From Sarea resinae (taxonomy: Eukaryota): a stretch of DNA of 48,553 nucleotides. Under the pieces are notes generated by a model that was given only the letters and a program-made list of their open reading frames with translations, did no database searches and was not told the DNA's origin. Position numbers and translations under genes: made by a program. Shown in pieces: positions 1 through 10,708 of this stretch. The stretch lies in assembly GCA_026026165.1 (NCBI GenBank), contig JAPEUD010000114.1, forward strand, positions 1 through 48,553, in the 5' to 3' direction. Every line of letters starts with the position of its first letter. Within the stretch, counting starts at the first letter, position 1.

Positions 1-34
<34 letters not shown>
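1..34. repeat. poly-G run at the window/contig start
   Basis: 34 consecutive G at the first positions; either a true homopolymer or a read/assembly edge artefact. Confidence 0.9.
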
Positions 35-35
<1 letters not shown>

Positions 36-217
36 GATGTGTCGATAGCTAGGTTGGTAGAAAAGAAGTTGCACTCAGAATCCCAGTTCCCGATTGATCA
101 TAAGTGAGAACTTATGGGTTTATTGTTTTCATCGGATTCATATCAACCCCCAACTCGCCTTTCTCCTTTCAACTCAGTCGCCAACCACTTATCACTCGAT
201 CCCTGACATGCCTCCCC

Positions 218-772
218 CTATCTCACATTGCTCTGCACATCATCATTTCCAGGCTGCGCCGTCTCGTAGATATCGCGCTTCGTCTCGGGCCCGCCCGGCC
301 CCTCGAAATCGCCCGCCTTGGTCGGCCGCCCCGTGCCCTTTTGGATGTCGCCGCCCTCGGACAGCGGGATCTCGCGGTTGTCTCCGGCGCCCGAGGCCGC
401 GCTGCCGTATTGCACGGTCGAGCCCGGGAAGTTGGACGCGGCGGCTTCGTCGACACCGGATTCGGTGGCTGGCGGGGTGGTGCAAAGCGAGGTTAGTGCG
501 GGGGTGGGTTTGTGGGATAGATGGGGTGGAGAGGGGTGGAGAGGCGGGAGGATGGGGGGAGGAAGGGATGGCTTACTGGATGAGCTGAGGCCGTGGCCTT
601 GTTTTGCTGCTTGGCTGTTGAGGTCTGGGATAGTGGTTTAGCTTTTGTCTAGCATTTCATTGTTTGCATGCGATAGAAGGTTTTATTTCTTGGTGAAGAG
701 AGAGAAGAACATACCTTTCTCGGCCTGCTGTGCGATCTTCAGCGGATCTTGGCCTTCGTATTCTGCAGACAT
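218..772 (-). CDS. small hydrophilic conserved fungal hypothetical protein (3 exons; hydrophilin/stress-protein-like composition)
   Basis: ATG at 772. Introns ~714-625 (GTATGT...CAG) and ~576-469 (GTAAGC...CTAAC...CAG) join in frame to give MSAEYEGQDPLKIAQQAEKDLNSQAAKQGHGLSSSTTESGVDEAAASNFPGSTVQYGSAASGAGDNREIPLSEGGDIQKG...QSNVR*. Rich in Gly and charged residues, with no hydrophobic segment. Confidence 0.8.
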
Positions 773-1372
773 GATGGCTGGTTCTTTAAGGACTTTGCTT
801 GCAAGTCGTGATTGTGATGCTAATGTTCTTCGGATCTCGACGGCTTTTGTTTAGACGATTCTGGAATTTTTCGTGCGGATTGATCAAAGGTAATTGCAAT
901 AATGAGCGGAGTAAAAAGAGTAGAGAATTCAGCTTTTATGGATGAATTGAATTCGTTGGTGGCGGTGATGGGGCTAGGGCAGTCAATATCGTCGAACTGA
1001 TGTCATATCGATATAATGGTCGACCAGTACTACTCATAATCTGCCGCAGCTAAGGTACTGAAGTAAATAAGGTACGTACCTCCCCGTCCGATCGACCCGC
1101 AAGATCCAGTAGCGCTACTTAGGCTACCCATTGCGGTTTGGCGCAGGACGGCGCCGGGCCAAGGGTCTTTAGGGGATATTAACATGTTGCCCTCCACTCC
1201 GTACAATCCTTACTAAAGCTGTGTGTTAGAGCTTTGAATCGGCATAATTTACAAAGACACCTCGGTCGCTATTGTCTTACTTTGATGTCATCTACCCAAT
1301 GTCAATTCTTCTCTGTTTTGAGAAGATAGTACAAAGAGCTAGGTATCAGGACAAGGAATTCATCGTTACGCC

Positions 1373-2023
1373 TTGATTTGGTGTGAATCGAACAGAGACG
1401 TCGGTTTGGGGATGGGGTTCTGGAGGGTGCATTCACCGACTCGAAAGGATACTATTCAAGCTCGCCATCTGCCCTCTCTTCTCCTGATATTATGCTGTTT
1501 TCCACAACAGCCATCAGAAAAGCCGAGGGTGAACTTCTTCCATCTTGATCAGAATCTCAGAATGATAGTTGAACAAGTGAGGGGCCCTGAAAGATACTGG
1601 AGAGAGCTCGATGGAAAAGAACTGCAATTTTTGACCCCGCGTCGGCCGGCTCGTCGATATTTGTATTTCCGATATGTGGCTAACTTTCTGGGTTGGGAGA
1701 GCCAGAGCGACAAAAGTCCTACTAAAAGCCTCGAGCACTTAGGCTACTTGTGGGCATCCCTAAACCCTTAATTACGAAAATCAGCACTCCTCGCCCTAGC
1801 TCGAAAAGTTTCGGACTACTATCTGCTAGAAGCGTTTTACGAGCAGATCACATTCGAGGAGACCGAGACCGATAGTCGTTCAGCCTCTATCCTGAAGGAG
1901 TCAGACGAAATGTTGGCCGAAGACTTGGCTCAGGTGATAAGAACAAAAATGATGAAGAAGCCTGGGAAAGAGGACGACTATAGCGAGAACGAAACCGAGA
2001 CCGAATCGGAATCGGACGGATGA
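1373..2023 (+). pseudogene. degenerate fungal HNH-nuclease-domain (HNH_2-like) gene
   Basis: One frame reads WCES...IQARHLP (compare the xxAHIVP HNH core), then WRELDGKELQFLTPRRPARRYLYFRY and LWASLNP*LRKSALLALARKVSDYYL, which resemble C-terminal motifs of fungal HNH proteins as I recall them. In-frame TAA at 1769-1771; the frame then continues to an acidic tail and TGA at 2021-2023. Confidence 0.6.
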
Positions 2024-2639
2024 GCTCCCAGCATGCGTGCCCATTGCTCAACGTCTGCTCTCAATATGGTACAACTAGCAGTGTCGTTTAGAAGTATGCC
2101 ACTTGTAAGGACCAGTAAATAGGCAAACCTGTTCCTACGTGGGCCAAAATCAAACACCCCTCGGAATGACGCATTACGCTGTGCCATCGCAATAAAAAGA
2201 CTTGCTAACGGTGTAGATGCGTTGAACGACATTCATCTTCTTTCCGAGTGAATCTGGAAATCTGGAAACATGGCAAACGTGTCAGCTCTCTTTCTTCGCG
2301 CAGCTTCAATCTCAAGCGGCCCGGCATTATTCTGATTTGACCAAAGCTGACATTCTAGACAGAAGCTAACCGCTACGACCTCTTCTTACTTCTTCATCGG
2401 GCCCGCCGTCTTTCTATCGCTTGTGTTTCTATTGTCTCAAAGCGGGTTGATCGAATATGATCCGTCTTGGAGAAACCTCGACCATGGAAGGAAAGGATCA
2501 CTTCTTCTGACTAAGGCTGAGTTTACTCTTGGCCTTCGAATCAAGGACGATATAAAGGGGCATGTCCCCGGGAAACTCTTACAACGATGTCATGAGCGAA
2601 GTGCTCGAATACAAGAAGACATACTGCAAGGACTCTAAA

Positions 2640-3100
2640 CATGAGGGAAAGGTATTGAATTAGCCAGCTGATCGCGAAGACATATAATGTTCTATCTCAA
2701 GAGTCTCCTAGGGCAACCAAAGCTAATCATGCCTACTACTACAAGATGACCTAACAGGTAAGTGCTGCTCTATCATTAGACTATAGCTAAATATATATAA
2801 CTCCTAGAAATGCTGATATAGCAGCTATTATATACCTATATACGAGCTATATACTAACTATATTACAGAGCATACAATGCTATACTAAATAAGACACTAG
2901 AGCTGTAAATTAGATTAGAGTCTCTTGGAAAAGAACTGGGACTATTCTCTCCTATGATAAAAAAAGATGGTATTAATAGAGAGGGATTAGGCTAAGAGAC
3001 TTGCTTATCTGTGTTAGACACTATAACAAAGTCGAAGAAATCGCAAAAGAAATGATAATTCAGGGTTTTGACCAAATCTCCTGGAACGAGTGTCTATATC
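2640..3100. repeat. AT/TpA-rich patch, probable RIP-mutated repeat or gene relic
   Basis: Sharp rise in TA dinucleotides (e.g. ctatagctaaatatatataa, tatatacctatatacgagctatatactaactata), stops in all frames, and a residual GTAAGT...CTAAC...CAG intron signature. Confidence 0.55.
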
Positions 3101-3252
3101 TTTCGACGCTTCTGAAGAATCAAGCATTACGTTATATCTGTCGTTCCAAAATCCACGGATTTGCTTCCAGTGCCTTTTCTTTACGCAACTTCTTACAGTC
3201 GCTCGAGTCAATCTTCACTCTCTCTTCTACGCACCAAGTCTTCTAGTTCCAG

Positions 3253-3600
3253 ATGGCTCCCACTATGAAGAAAGAGCGTGCTGATCTGATAAACAAGAAC
3301 GGGATTGGACCTACTCCTTGGTGTGCTAAATGTACATCCCAAACGTCTACATCCCAAGCGTTTCGCGTCCGTGCCGGGAATAAGTATGAGAGGTGAGCAA
3401 ATGATGCCAACTTCGGCCACAAGTGCAATCGCTGCGTCCGCGTCGGCAGGAAGTGCTTGCTAGTAGGTAAGTAACCACCCTATTCCTGGTGATAGCTTCG
3501 TGATAAGCTAACATTTCGCAGCTTCCGGAATGCCTTCAGTACGAGGCAACCCAAATACGCGACCACGAATGGCTGCCCAGGCTGAATGTACAATCAGCCA
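3253..3600 (+). pseudogene. relic of a small Cys-rich (CxxC...CxxCxxxxxxC) zinc-binding protein gene
   Basis: ATG at 3253 reads MAPTMKKERADLINKNGIGPTPWCAKC...YER*ANDANFGHKCNRCVRVGRKCLLV, followed by a GT...GCTAAC...CAG intron (~3465-3521). There is an internal TGA. Confidence 0.4.
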
Positions 3601-6464
3601 GCAATAGCATTACCGCCGTTTACGGGTCAGAGCAGAGGCATGACGTCGCAGGCTTTTCCTTGAGTAATTCGTGTGAAGAATTCTGGATTCTCACGGCCTT
3701 CCATTCAATCCCTTTCGAAAGTGAAGCTCCTCGGTATAAAGAAGGAGACCGATCGCATACACACAGTGGCAGAACACGCCTCCCCGAAAATGGCAAGGAG
3801 ACGGTGCTCTCTCCAGATTCAGTATGTTCTAAGGAAGTCTTGGGTTTGACCAGAATGCGAGCGGGTTCTCTAGACGATGCTCTTACACAGGACGTTTTGA
3901 TCGATGCAACTGATCGTACGTCTTGGTTACAGCTTTACTACTTATCTTGACGTGACATTCACTCTATTCCACACAGGAGACCACCGAGTATTAAAGCTTG
4001 TAATCGGGCTGATTTTACCCCTTGCAGACTGAGCTGTAAAAGGAATGCCTGCTTAGAATGCCTAATCAAAAAGGCTGAATAGTCTAAATAGTTGGTCTAG
4101 GACCCCTGGACTAGACTATTAGGCCAGACTATTGTGGCGTTCCGCATCCTGATTGTCGTGAGTATAATTATAGAACGGTGGGATTTAGAGGTGGAGGACA
4201 CGCGCCTTCAGCTTAAGGAGAGAGGTGTTACGATTGAAGAAAGACGAATCGCCTTTAAAGAGAGGAGACACAAAGTCGAGGTCAAAACTACCAAGACAGT
4301 TGCTAAGGTCCCTGCAAGTGACGGGCCTGCTGACAAGCCTCTACAAGGGAGTGAGAGGATAAATGTAAAGGCAGAAGTCATAAGGATGAAGAAAGAGAGG
4401 AGTAATATATCTAGAACATAAATATCACGCTAATCAAACTACTCTCAGATCCCCCCACCTCACCAATTCAAGAACCCAGTCCAAACCTACCAGATGAGGG
4501 CCGCGTGGGAAAGTTAGTCACCTATTACGATGGATCGGGACCTCAATAGATACGAAGAACGGACAAGGTTATGCGGATATGGGTCACCGGAGTCATGTGG
4601 CACATTGCTTTACTGGTGTTTACACATGGCATACCATACATTCTGTTTATCAGCATAGCCAGCAATTCTTGCTATCTTTGAAAACCACAGGCTTCCACTA
4701 TACTCCCGATCCATGACTGAACCTGACTAGATCCATCGTTGGCGCCCGAGGCGAGTCAGTGTGGCAAATAAAACAAGAAGAGGAGCATCACTTGTGTCTA
4801 TACTTGAATGCCATCGGACGTTGTTTGATCGTCACCATCGGTTGTTGTTATTGAGTGTAGCGAGCGGGCGTCAGTGTGTTTACATCAGAGCCATCGGGCA
4901 CTTCATCAAAAGCCATCGGGCAGTACCCCTCGTCATACAACATCTACTTATCACCAGAGAAGCAAGCTGCGTTATCGTTGCTAGAAGACCGAACGCTGTG
5001 TGAGAGTGCCGACATTCTACATAATTCAGAAGCAACCAATAGGCGTCGAATGGCAGGATGACCAAGCCTGGAGTTACCGCTATTGAGACGCCTGCGAAAT
5101 GGCCAGGGCATGGCTCGCAGACGACCTATCGTGCAGGAAAAGATGATTCAGATAATCCGCGCAGAAGCGGCCTGCTGCGACCTACAGAATCACAACCACG
5201 ACAGCGGGGTTCTCCGAGAGCTAGGATTGACGAACCCCAATTTTGAATACGTTCAATCCTCAAAATACTGTCTTGGAGAGTGAGGCTCCGATCAGCGATA
5301 TGGGCCCTGTTTATGATTTTCTGGGAGAGGCGCTTTGTCTGTTTTTGTGACCAGCTTAAAAGACCCCATGGATTTCCCGCAAACCCCTCAAGGGATTCAG
5401 ACCGTGTTTGAAATACTGTTTTGCTTTCGCTTTCCAGCGGAGAAGGTAGAGAGGGACTCTCCTCCGTTGTCTAGAAAATGGTGTTACAGCGACACTCCAT
5501 TTGCGCGATTGGCTGCGACGATAGCGCGAGGACGTGCAGAGCCTGAAAATCTTCTCGCAGCAATAGAGCTCACCGAGATGCTTGGGCAGTTTGCCAACGA
5601 TAAATCCCAAAAGATGACCGACAATACCAAAGAATGGCCAAAGAGCTTTGCCTGCCATCCTTCTACCATGGCGGGGAAAAGAGCCAGCTTCTTTTCGGAT
5701 TCCGGCTGCCGCATGGGATTGATTGGAGACGATTGAAAGACATGCAACGCCCGAAATCGGTTCACTAGAATCGAAGAGGCGCACACATAAATCCCACTTC
5801 AGTATCAGCGACGCTGAAAGGATTTCTCGAATCCCTACAAGACGAATACCTCTCGAGAAATGAGGAGAAAGAGCCGCGACTAAAGCATAGCGGCTACTGG
5901 ACTTCTTGAGAACATACAGCCTCGCTGGGGACGCGGGAGAGATGGTGGGCTTTTGAGAAATGCCTATCATGGAAGAGCCCTGAGGCGATGTCTGGAGGTC
6001 AATTAGGAGTGGCGTGGTACTTTGTAGAAGGGCTGCCAACCCGCCGTCACCTTCTCCGATAGCGTAGCTTGGATGGTCAAGGCCTAGATTAGTGATCGAA
6101 GACAGGCCTGAAAGATGTTTCCAGAGAGCTAGGGCTTGGATGGTCCGGACTGCTGATAAAGTCTCAATGAAAGCCGGAGCTTCCGCTAGGAACTGAACTC
6201 AAGCTGCTGCTTCAATTATTCGCATCTGTGATTGTAGCTATGAGAATACTCAATAAGAACAATCTGCCCCATGCATTTCCCGTTTTTGCGCTGTAGTGAG
6301 ACACGACTTTAGTGTGCTACCACCTAATCTAGGTTGCACAGCCGTGAGGAAAAGGAAGAACAAAGTATCTCGCAACGCCGTAGATGTACATAGATGCCGC
6401 AAAGTGCGCCAGCCCCTGCTCCCATTCCCGTGGAATCTTGCCTCCGTCAAACGAATCATCTATC

Positions 6465-7781
6465 CTACGAACTCCCCGGTCCACTAGCAGCCGCGATCTT
6501 CCTGACCTTCTTCGCAGCCGCCCTTTCAGAGTCGTCTCTCTTCCTCTTCGATGATCGACTGCTACCACCCTTGGGTCTATAGGCCTCGTCCTCTTTCTTG
6601 CGTTTGCCGCGCGAGGATGGGGCGGCGGGGACCTCGTGCATGAAGATGTCGTCATCGAAGGCGTCCGGGTCGGGCTTCGGTGCTGCCACCGCGGATGAGG
6701 GGGCGAGGCTGTTGCGTTTGGATGATCTCTCCGGTGCACCTGCGGTGGTGCTTGCAGGGTTGTTCGTGGTGGTCGACGATTTTTCACCGCTGCGAGTACT
6801 ACCAGTCGTGTCGGGGTTTGATTTGCCATCTTTCGTCGATGCGCGCGGGGCGGATTTTTCCGAGCCGAGTTCGTTATCTTGGAGGAAGACTTGCGGTTGA
6901 TGTTTGCGGAGCCAGTTGTAGACGGACACTGGGTTTCGGACAGCGAAGTCCTTGTCGCGGTCTTTGTCAAAGGCTTTGTCTATGATACGGCTAGAGAGCG
7001 CAGAGTGTCGGGATGTGGCTAGAGCGAGGCTGGGTGAGCGGCGGCCACCAATCGAAGCGTCAAGGGTGAGGAGATATTCTTCTTCGTGAGTGGGAGTGAG
7101 GTAGCCTGGGCCTGTTGGGGAGAGGAGTTCGTCGGGATAGGTGTCGGCGTCCAGGGAGGCGAGGGTCGTATGGGGTATCGAGAGGATTGAGCGCAGGCTC
7201 GTGGACTTGTTTATTCTTTCGTTGAGAGACGTTGTCTTTTGGGAGTAGCTATTGGGAGATAGAGCACCGGATTCGAGGTCGGCTTTGGCCTGCTCAAGGG
7301 CAGTGCGCGCAGCGGAGATGGCAGTGGGGCTTGGAGGCGGGCTGGTTGGGGAGAGGGGCAGGTTGGCCGCGGGGTCTAGAGAGGGCGATTCAAGGTCGTA
7401 GCGGTATTGAGGAGCAAGGTGGGATGATTCGTTCAGGTCAAGGAGGAGATCTAGAAGTTGACTGTTTGCAGTTCATATTAGGACCCTCTTCGCTGAAACT
7501 ATTTCGACGGAGCTTACTCGTTCTTCTCTTGTAGCCGTCGCGCCGTCTCCATGGCCTTTTGCTCTTCTTTGAATAGAGCATTGCTTTCCTTCATCTTTTC
7601 CTCAAAGAGATGTCTCATCTTGCGATATTTCTTCCTGATCAGCCATCAGTACAAAACGTGGATTCCAAGAGCAGGGGAACGCGTACTTGTATGACTTGTA
7701 GACAGGCTGTCTTGAGCTGCCGTCATATTGGTCCATGTCCATCGTCCCTTCAGGACCAGCCACTATCCTGTCGCCCGACAT
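6465..7781 (-). CDS. IEC3: INO80 chromatin-remodelling complex subunit Iec3
   Basis: ATG at 7781; introns ~7686-7636 and ~7517-7465. Spliced protein contains YKSYKKKYRKMRHLFEEKMKESNALFKEEQKAMETARRLQE..DQLLDLLLDLN, a later SVYNWLRKHQPQVFLQD motif and a basic DEAYRPKGGSSRSSKRKR tail, all typical of fungal Iec3. Confidence 0.88.
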
Positions 7782-8082
7782 CTTGAGTACGATGGTATGC
7801 TTTCGATTAAAAGCTGCTGATCGCAGTTTAGTGATTGCTGGACGTGGTGGTTCGTGATGAAGGTGAACAGCCCGCTGTGAAGATCGACAATTGACGTTTG
7901 GAATAACGATAGGTCTTTCTCGCACCCCGTATTCACTGTGTCTCCATCCAGCTCACTTAACTTCCTTCCTGCATCCCGTATTCGTTAGCTCTCGTTAACT
8001 TTGCGGCAACTTTTTGCCCACAGTTGATTTGTTGAACAATTCACATGAAGCGACAAGGTTCGGCCGGTTTCATCGTCTCACA

Positions 8083-9543
8083 ATGGCTACTACGACTGTC
8101 GTAGAGCTCCAGAAGGAGTCAAAGGTTACCAAGGAGAAAAAGGACAAGAAAGACAAGAAGGCGAAAAAGGAGAAGAAGGAGAAGAAGGGCAAGAAAGATT
8201 CAGACTCGGCCGCCAAAGAAACAGTCATCAGTGCCCGAGAGGAATCTCCCACGTTCGATGTTGCGCAGGACCCGAACATCGATGCCACCGAGGACTCGCT
8301 GCCAGACGCCCCGGAAGCCATTGCCGAAGATTTGCGAAGCCCAATCTCTAAAAAGCGAAAACGGGATGACAGGACTCTAGAGGAAATTGAGGTCGACATT
8401 TCCAAGCCCGAACCTCCTTCCAAGAAAGCTCTGCGCAAGGCCAAAAAGGCCAAGACTGATCCTACGTCCGACGCCAAGCCAGGTGCGGAAAAGAAAGAGC
8501 CAGATGGCGAGGGCACCGAGAACAACAAATCGGCCAAGCGTTCGGACTTTGGCATTTGGATTGGCAATCTGCCCTTCACGGCTGCCAAGGCCGATCTCAG
8601 AAAATTCTTAACAGACAATGCAAACATTACCGATGAGATGATCACAAGAATTCACATGCCCGCGCCCGCGGAGGCGGCATCGGCGGCATCAAGGCAAAGA
8701 ACTAAGCCACAGAATAAGGGATTTGCATATGTCGACTTTTCAGATGCCACCGCTCTACAAGAGGCTCTCGACCTGAGCGAGACTCTGATGACCGGCCGTC
8801 GGGTGCTTATCAAAAACTCTAAAAGTTTCGAGGGGAGGCCTGAGAAGCCAAAGGAAGCTAGCACTACAACGCTTGTCTCCAACGGTGGAAAGCCTCCGAG
8901 CCGGAGAATCTTCGTTGGAAACTTGGGATTCGAGACGACCAGAGCAGACTTGGAGGAACATTTTGCACCCTGTGGAGAAGTTACGGACGTGCATATTGCT
9001 ACGTTTGAAGATTCCGGCAAATGCAAGGGTTTTGCTTGGGTCGAGTTTAAGGACCTGGAGTCGGGAGAGGCAGCTGTGAGAGGCTTCACAAAAATCCCAG
9101 AAAAGTCAGACGACGACAGCGAGGACGAGGAGACCGACGAAATCAAGGAAGGTGACGGGGGGAAGAAAACGAAAAAGGCACCGAAGATGAGGAAGTGGTG
9201 GGTCAATAAGATGAGAGGCCGCCCTCTGAGAATGGAGTTTGCGGAGGACAAGAGCGTGAGGTATAAGAAGAGATATGGTAAGGATGGCACGGCTAGAAGA
9301 GGCGATGGAGATCATCCTGCTGCAGAGTCCAATGGAGCCGGAATCAGTGGAGGGGACGTCGCCAATGGCGCAGATACGGCAGCATCAACATCGACCGACG
9401 CACCAAGAAAGGCCGCATACGCCAAAGGGCCAGCGACGAGGAAGGTTGACGCTCGAACCATCAAGCCGGGAGCGGCACTGGCTGGCGCAGAGAGGATGAC
9501 GGGTGCTATCGTCGAGTCAAAGGGCAAGAAGACTACATTTTGA
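8083..9543 (+). CDS. NOP13: nucleolar two-RRM RNA-binding protein (Nop13/Rnp24-like)
   Basis: Single long ORF with first ATG at 8083. Lys-rich N-terminus, RRM1 (IWIGNLPF...KGFAYVDF), RRM2 (IFVGNLGF...KGFAWVEF), linker VLIKNSKSFEGRP and C-terminal GAIVESKGKKTTF. Confidence 0.85.
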   Translation: MATTTVVELQKESKVTKEKKDKKDKKAKKEKKEKKGKKDSDSAAKETVISAREESPTFDVAQDPNIDATEDSLPDAPEAIAEDLRSPISKKRKRDDRTLEEIEVDISKPEPPSKKALRKAKKAKTDPTSDAKPGAEKKEPDGEGTENNKSAKRSDFGIWIGNLPFTAAKADLRKFLTDNANITDEMITRIHMPAPAEAASAASRQRTKPQNKGFAYVDFSDATALQEALDLSETLMTGRRVLIKNSKSFEGRPEKPKEASTTTLVSNGGKPPSRRIFVGNLGFETTRADLEEHFAPCGEVTDVHIATFEDSGKCKGFAWVEFKDLESGEAAVRGFTKIPEKSDDDSEDEETDEIKEGDGGKKTKKAPKMRKWWVNKMRGRPLRMEFAEDKSVRYKKRYGKDGTARRGDGDHPAAESNGAGISGGDVANGADTAASTSTDAPRKAAYAKGPATRKVDARTIKPGAALAGAERMTGAIVESKGKKTTF

Positions 9544-10708
9544 TACCGCATGCCGTCTGAGCGAGCTACTTTTTACATGTCATCTAGTGCCAAGGTTGGG
9601 GTATGGGCTTTTCTCGCCCGCGTAAATGTGCTAGATCAACGCAGTTGCTATGATCGAGAGCAGTCACTACAAAATGCTGAGTCTCTCACTTGCTCCCATC
9701 ATGCATCATGTATATGGACCTGGTTTGGCCACAGACAGAAAACGTGTACAATGATATTTGAAGGAGGGTGCATCATGAATAAACCAAATAGTTCACGTCT
9801 TGTGCAAAATCAACTTATACCTCAAGTAGTTACCTAAGCGCGCTGGAGCGATACATCCAATGCGATAGCCGATCCACGATCAACTTACGCTGTATACTTG
9901 CGAGGTTTGGGGTTTCCCAAACTGTCAGTGATGGATCGAATGTAGTTGATGAAAGCGTAGATGAGGCTGTAAATGGGAGCAGACTGGGTGCGACAGTATC
10001 GGTCATATCATTCGCTCGCGGTCTCGCTTTCGTCGCTCGCCTTTCGCGTTTGGAGGGTGATGACAGTGGATGGAAGTGTTTGGGTGAAAAAGTCAAAAGT
10101 GCAGGTGGTCGCCTCAGCTTGTCCATGTCTACCGGTGGCCAAAAGAGGCAGTAAGTAACAAGACCACGATTACTCACTCACGTCCACATCTCCTCCTCAC
10201 CCATAACATTCGATCATCATAACAGCAATTGCCCGCCTCGAAAATCTCCTCACTTCATCCTCGTCGCTATCGTCGTCGCCATCAGCATCTCCTCCCAGGC
10301 TGCATCACGGCGTGGCATGTCTTTGTATACTTGACACTCGACATCGACACACTTTAGACTCGGCGAGACTGTACATCTCCAGAATTCTGTCACGCTCTCA
10401 AACGCACCCACGCTTCTTCTTCCTCTTTCTTAACAATCGACACCCTCCACTCGTCGAGAGTGCTGCATGCTCCACCATCTGAATCGCTCACCTCGCTCAC
10501 CCCGTCTTCCCTGATTCGCTCCCTTGTTTTCGACGACTCTCTTCAAGCGCCCGCGCAGTGCACTTCGGAGCGGCGAATCATACACCCGACAGAGCGCGGC
10601 TGCCTTTTTCTGCGACATCTTTGTACGAAGTATCTAACTCCATCACATATCCTGGTGTGACGACACTCCGGCGCATCGATTCGCCACCCCCGCCATCAAC
10701 CGGTCAAT

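Noticed and set aside
1..34. Poly-G as a functional G-quadruplex element
   Set aside because: It is at the sequence edge and cannot be distinguished from a sequencing or assembly artefact.
4760..6200. Overlapping medium ORFs on both strands (5335-5736 +, 5356-6039 -), possible HET-like pseudogene
   Set aside because: No recognisable motif, and neither strand nor frame can be decided by eye. It may be a relic but cannot be supported.
8070..9551. Long antisense ORFs over NOP13, and similar ones over the protease, NBR1, mit1 and NMT1
   Set aside because: These are shadow ORFs produced by codon bias on the opposite strand of well-supported genes.
9830..10320. 115-aa minus-strand ORF between NOP13 and the Btz gene
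   Set aside because: Non-ATG start in the track, no motif, and located in the promoter/UTR region. There is not enough evidence.
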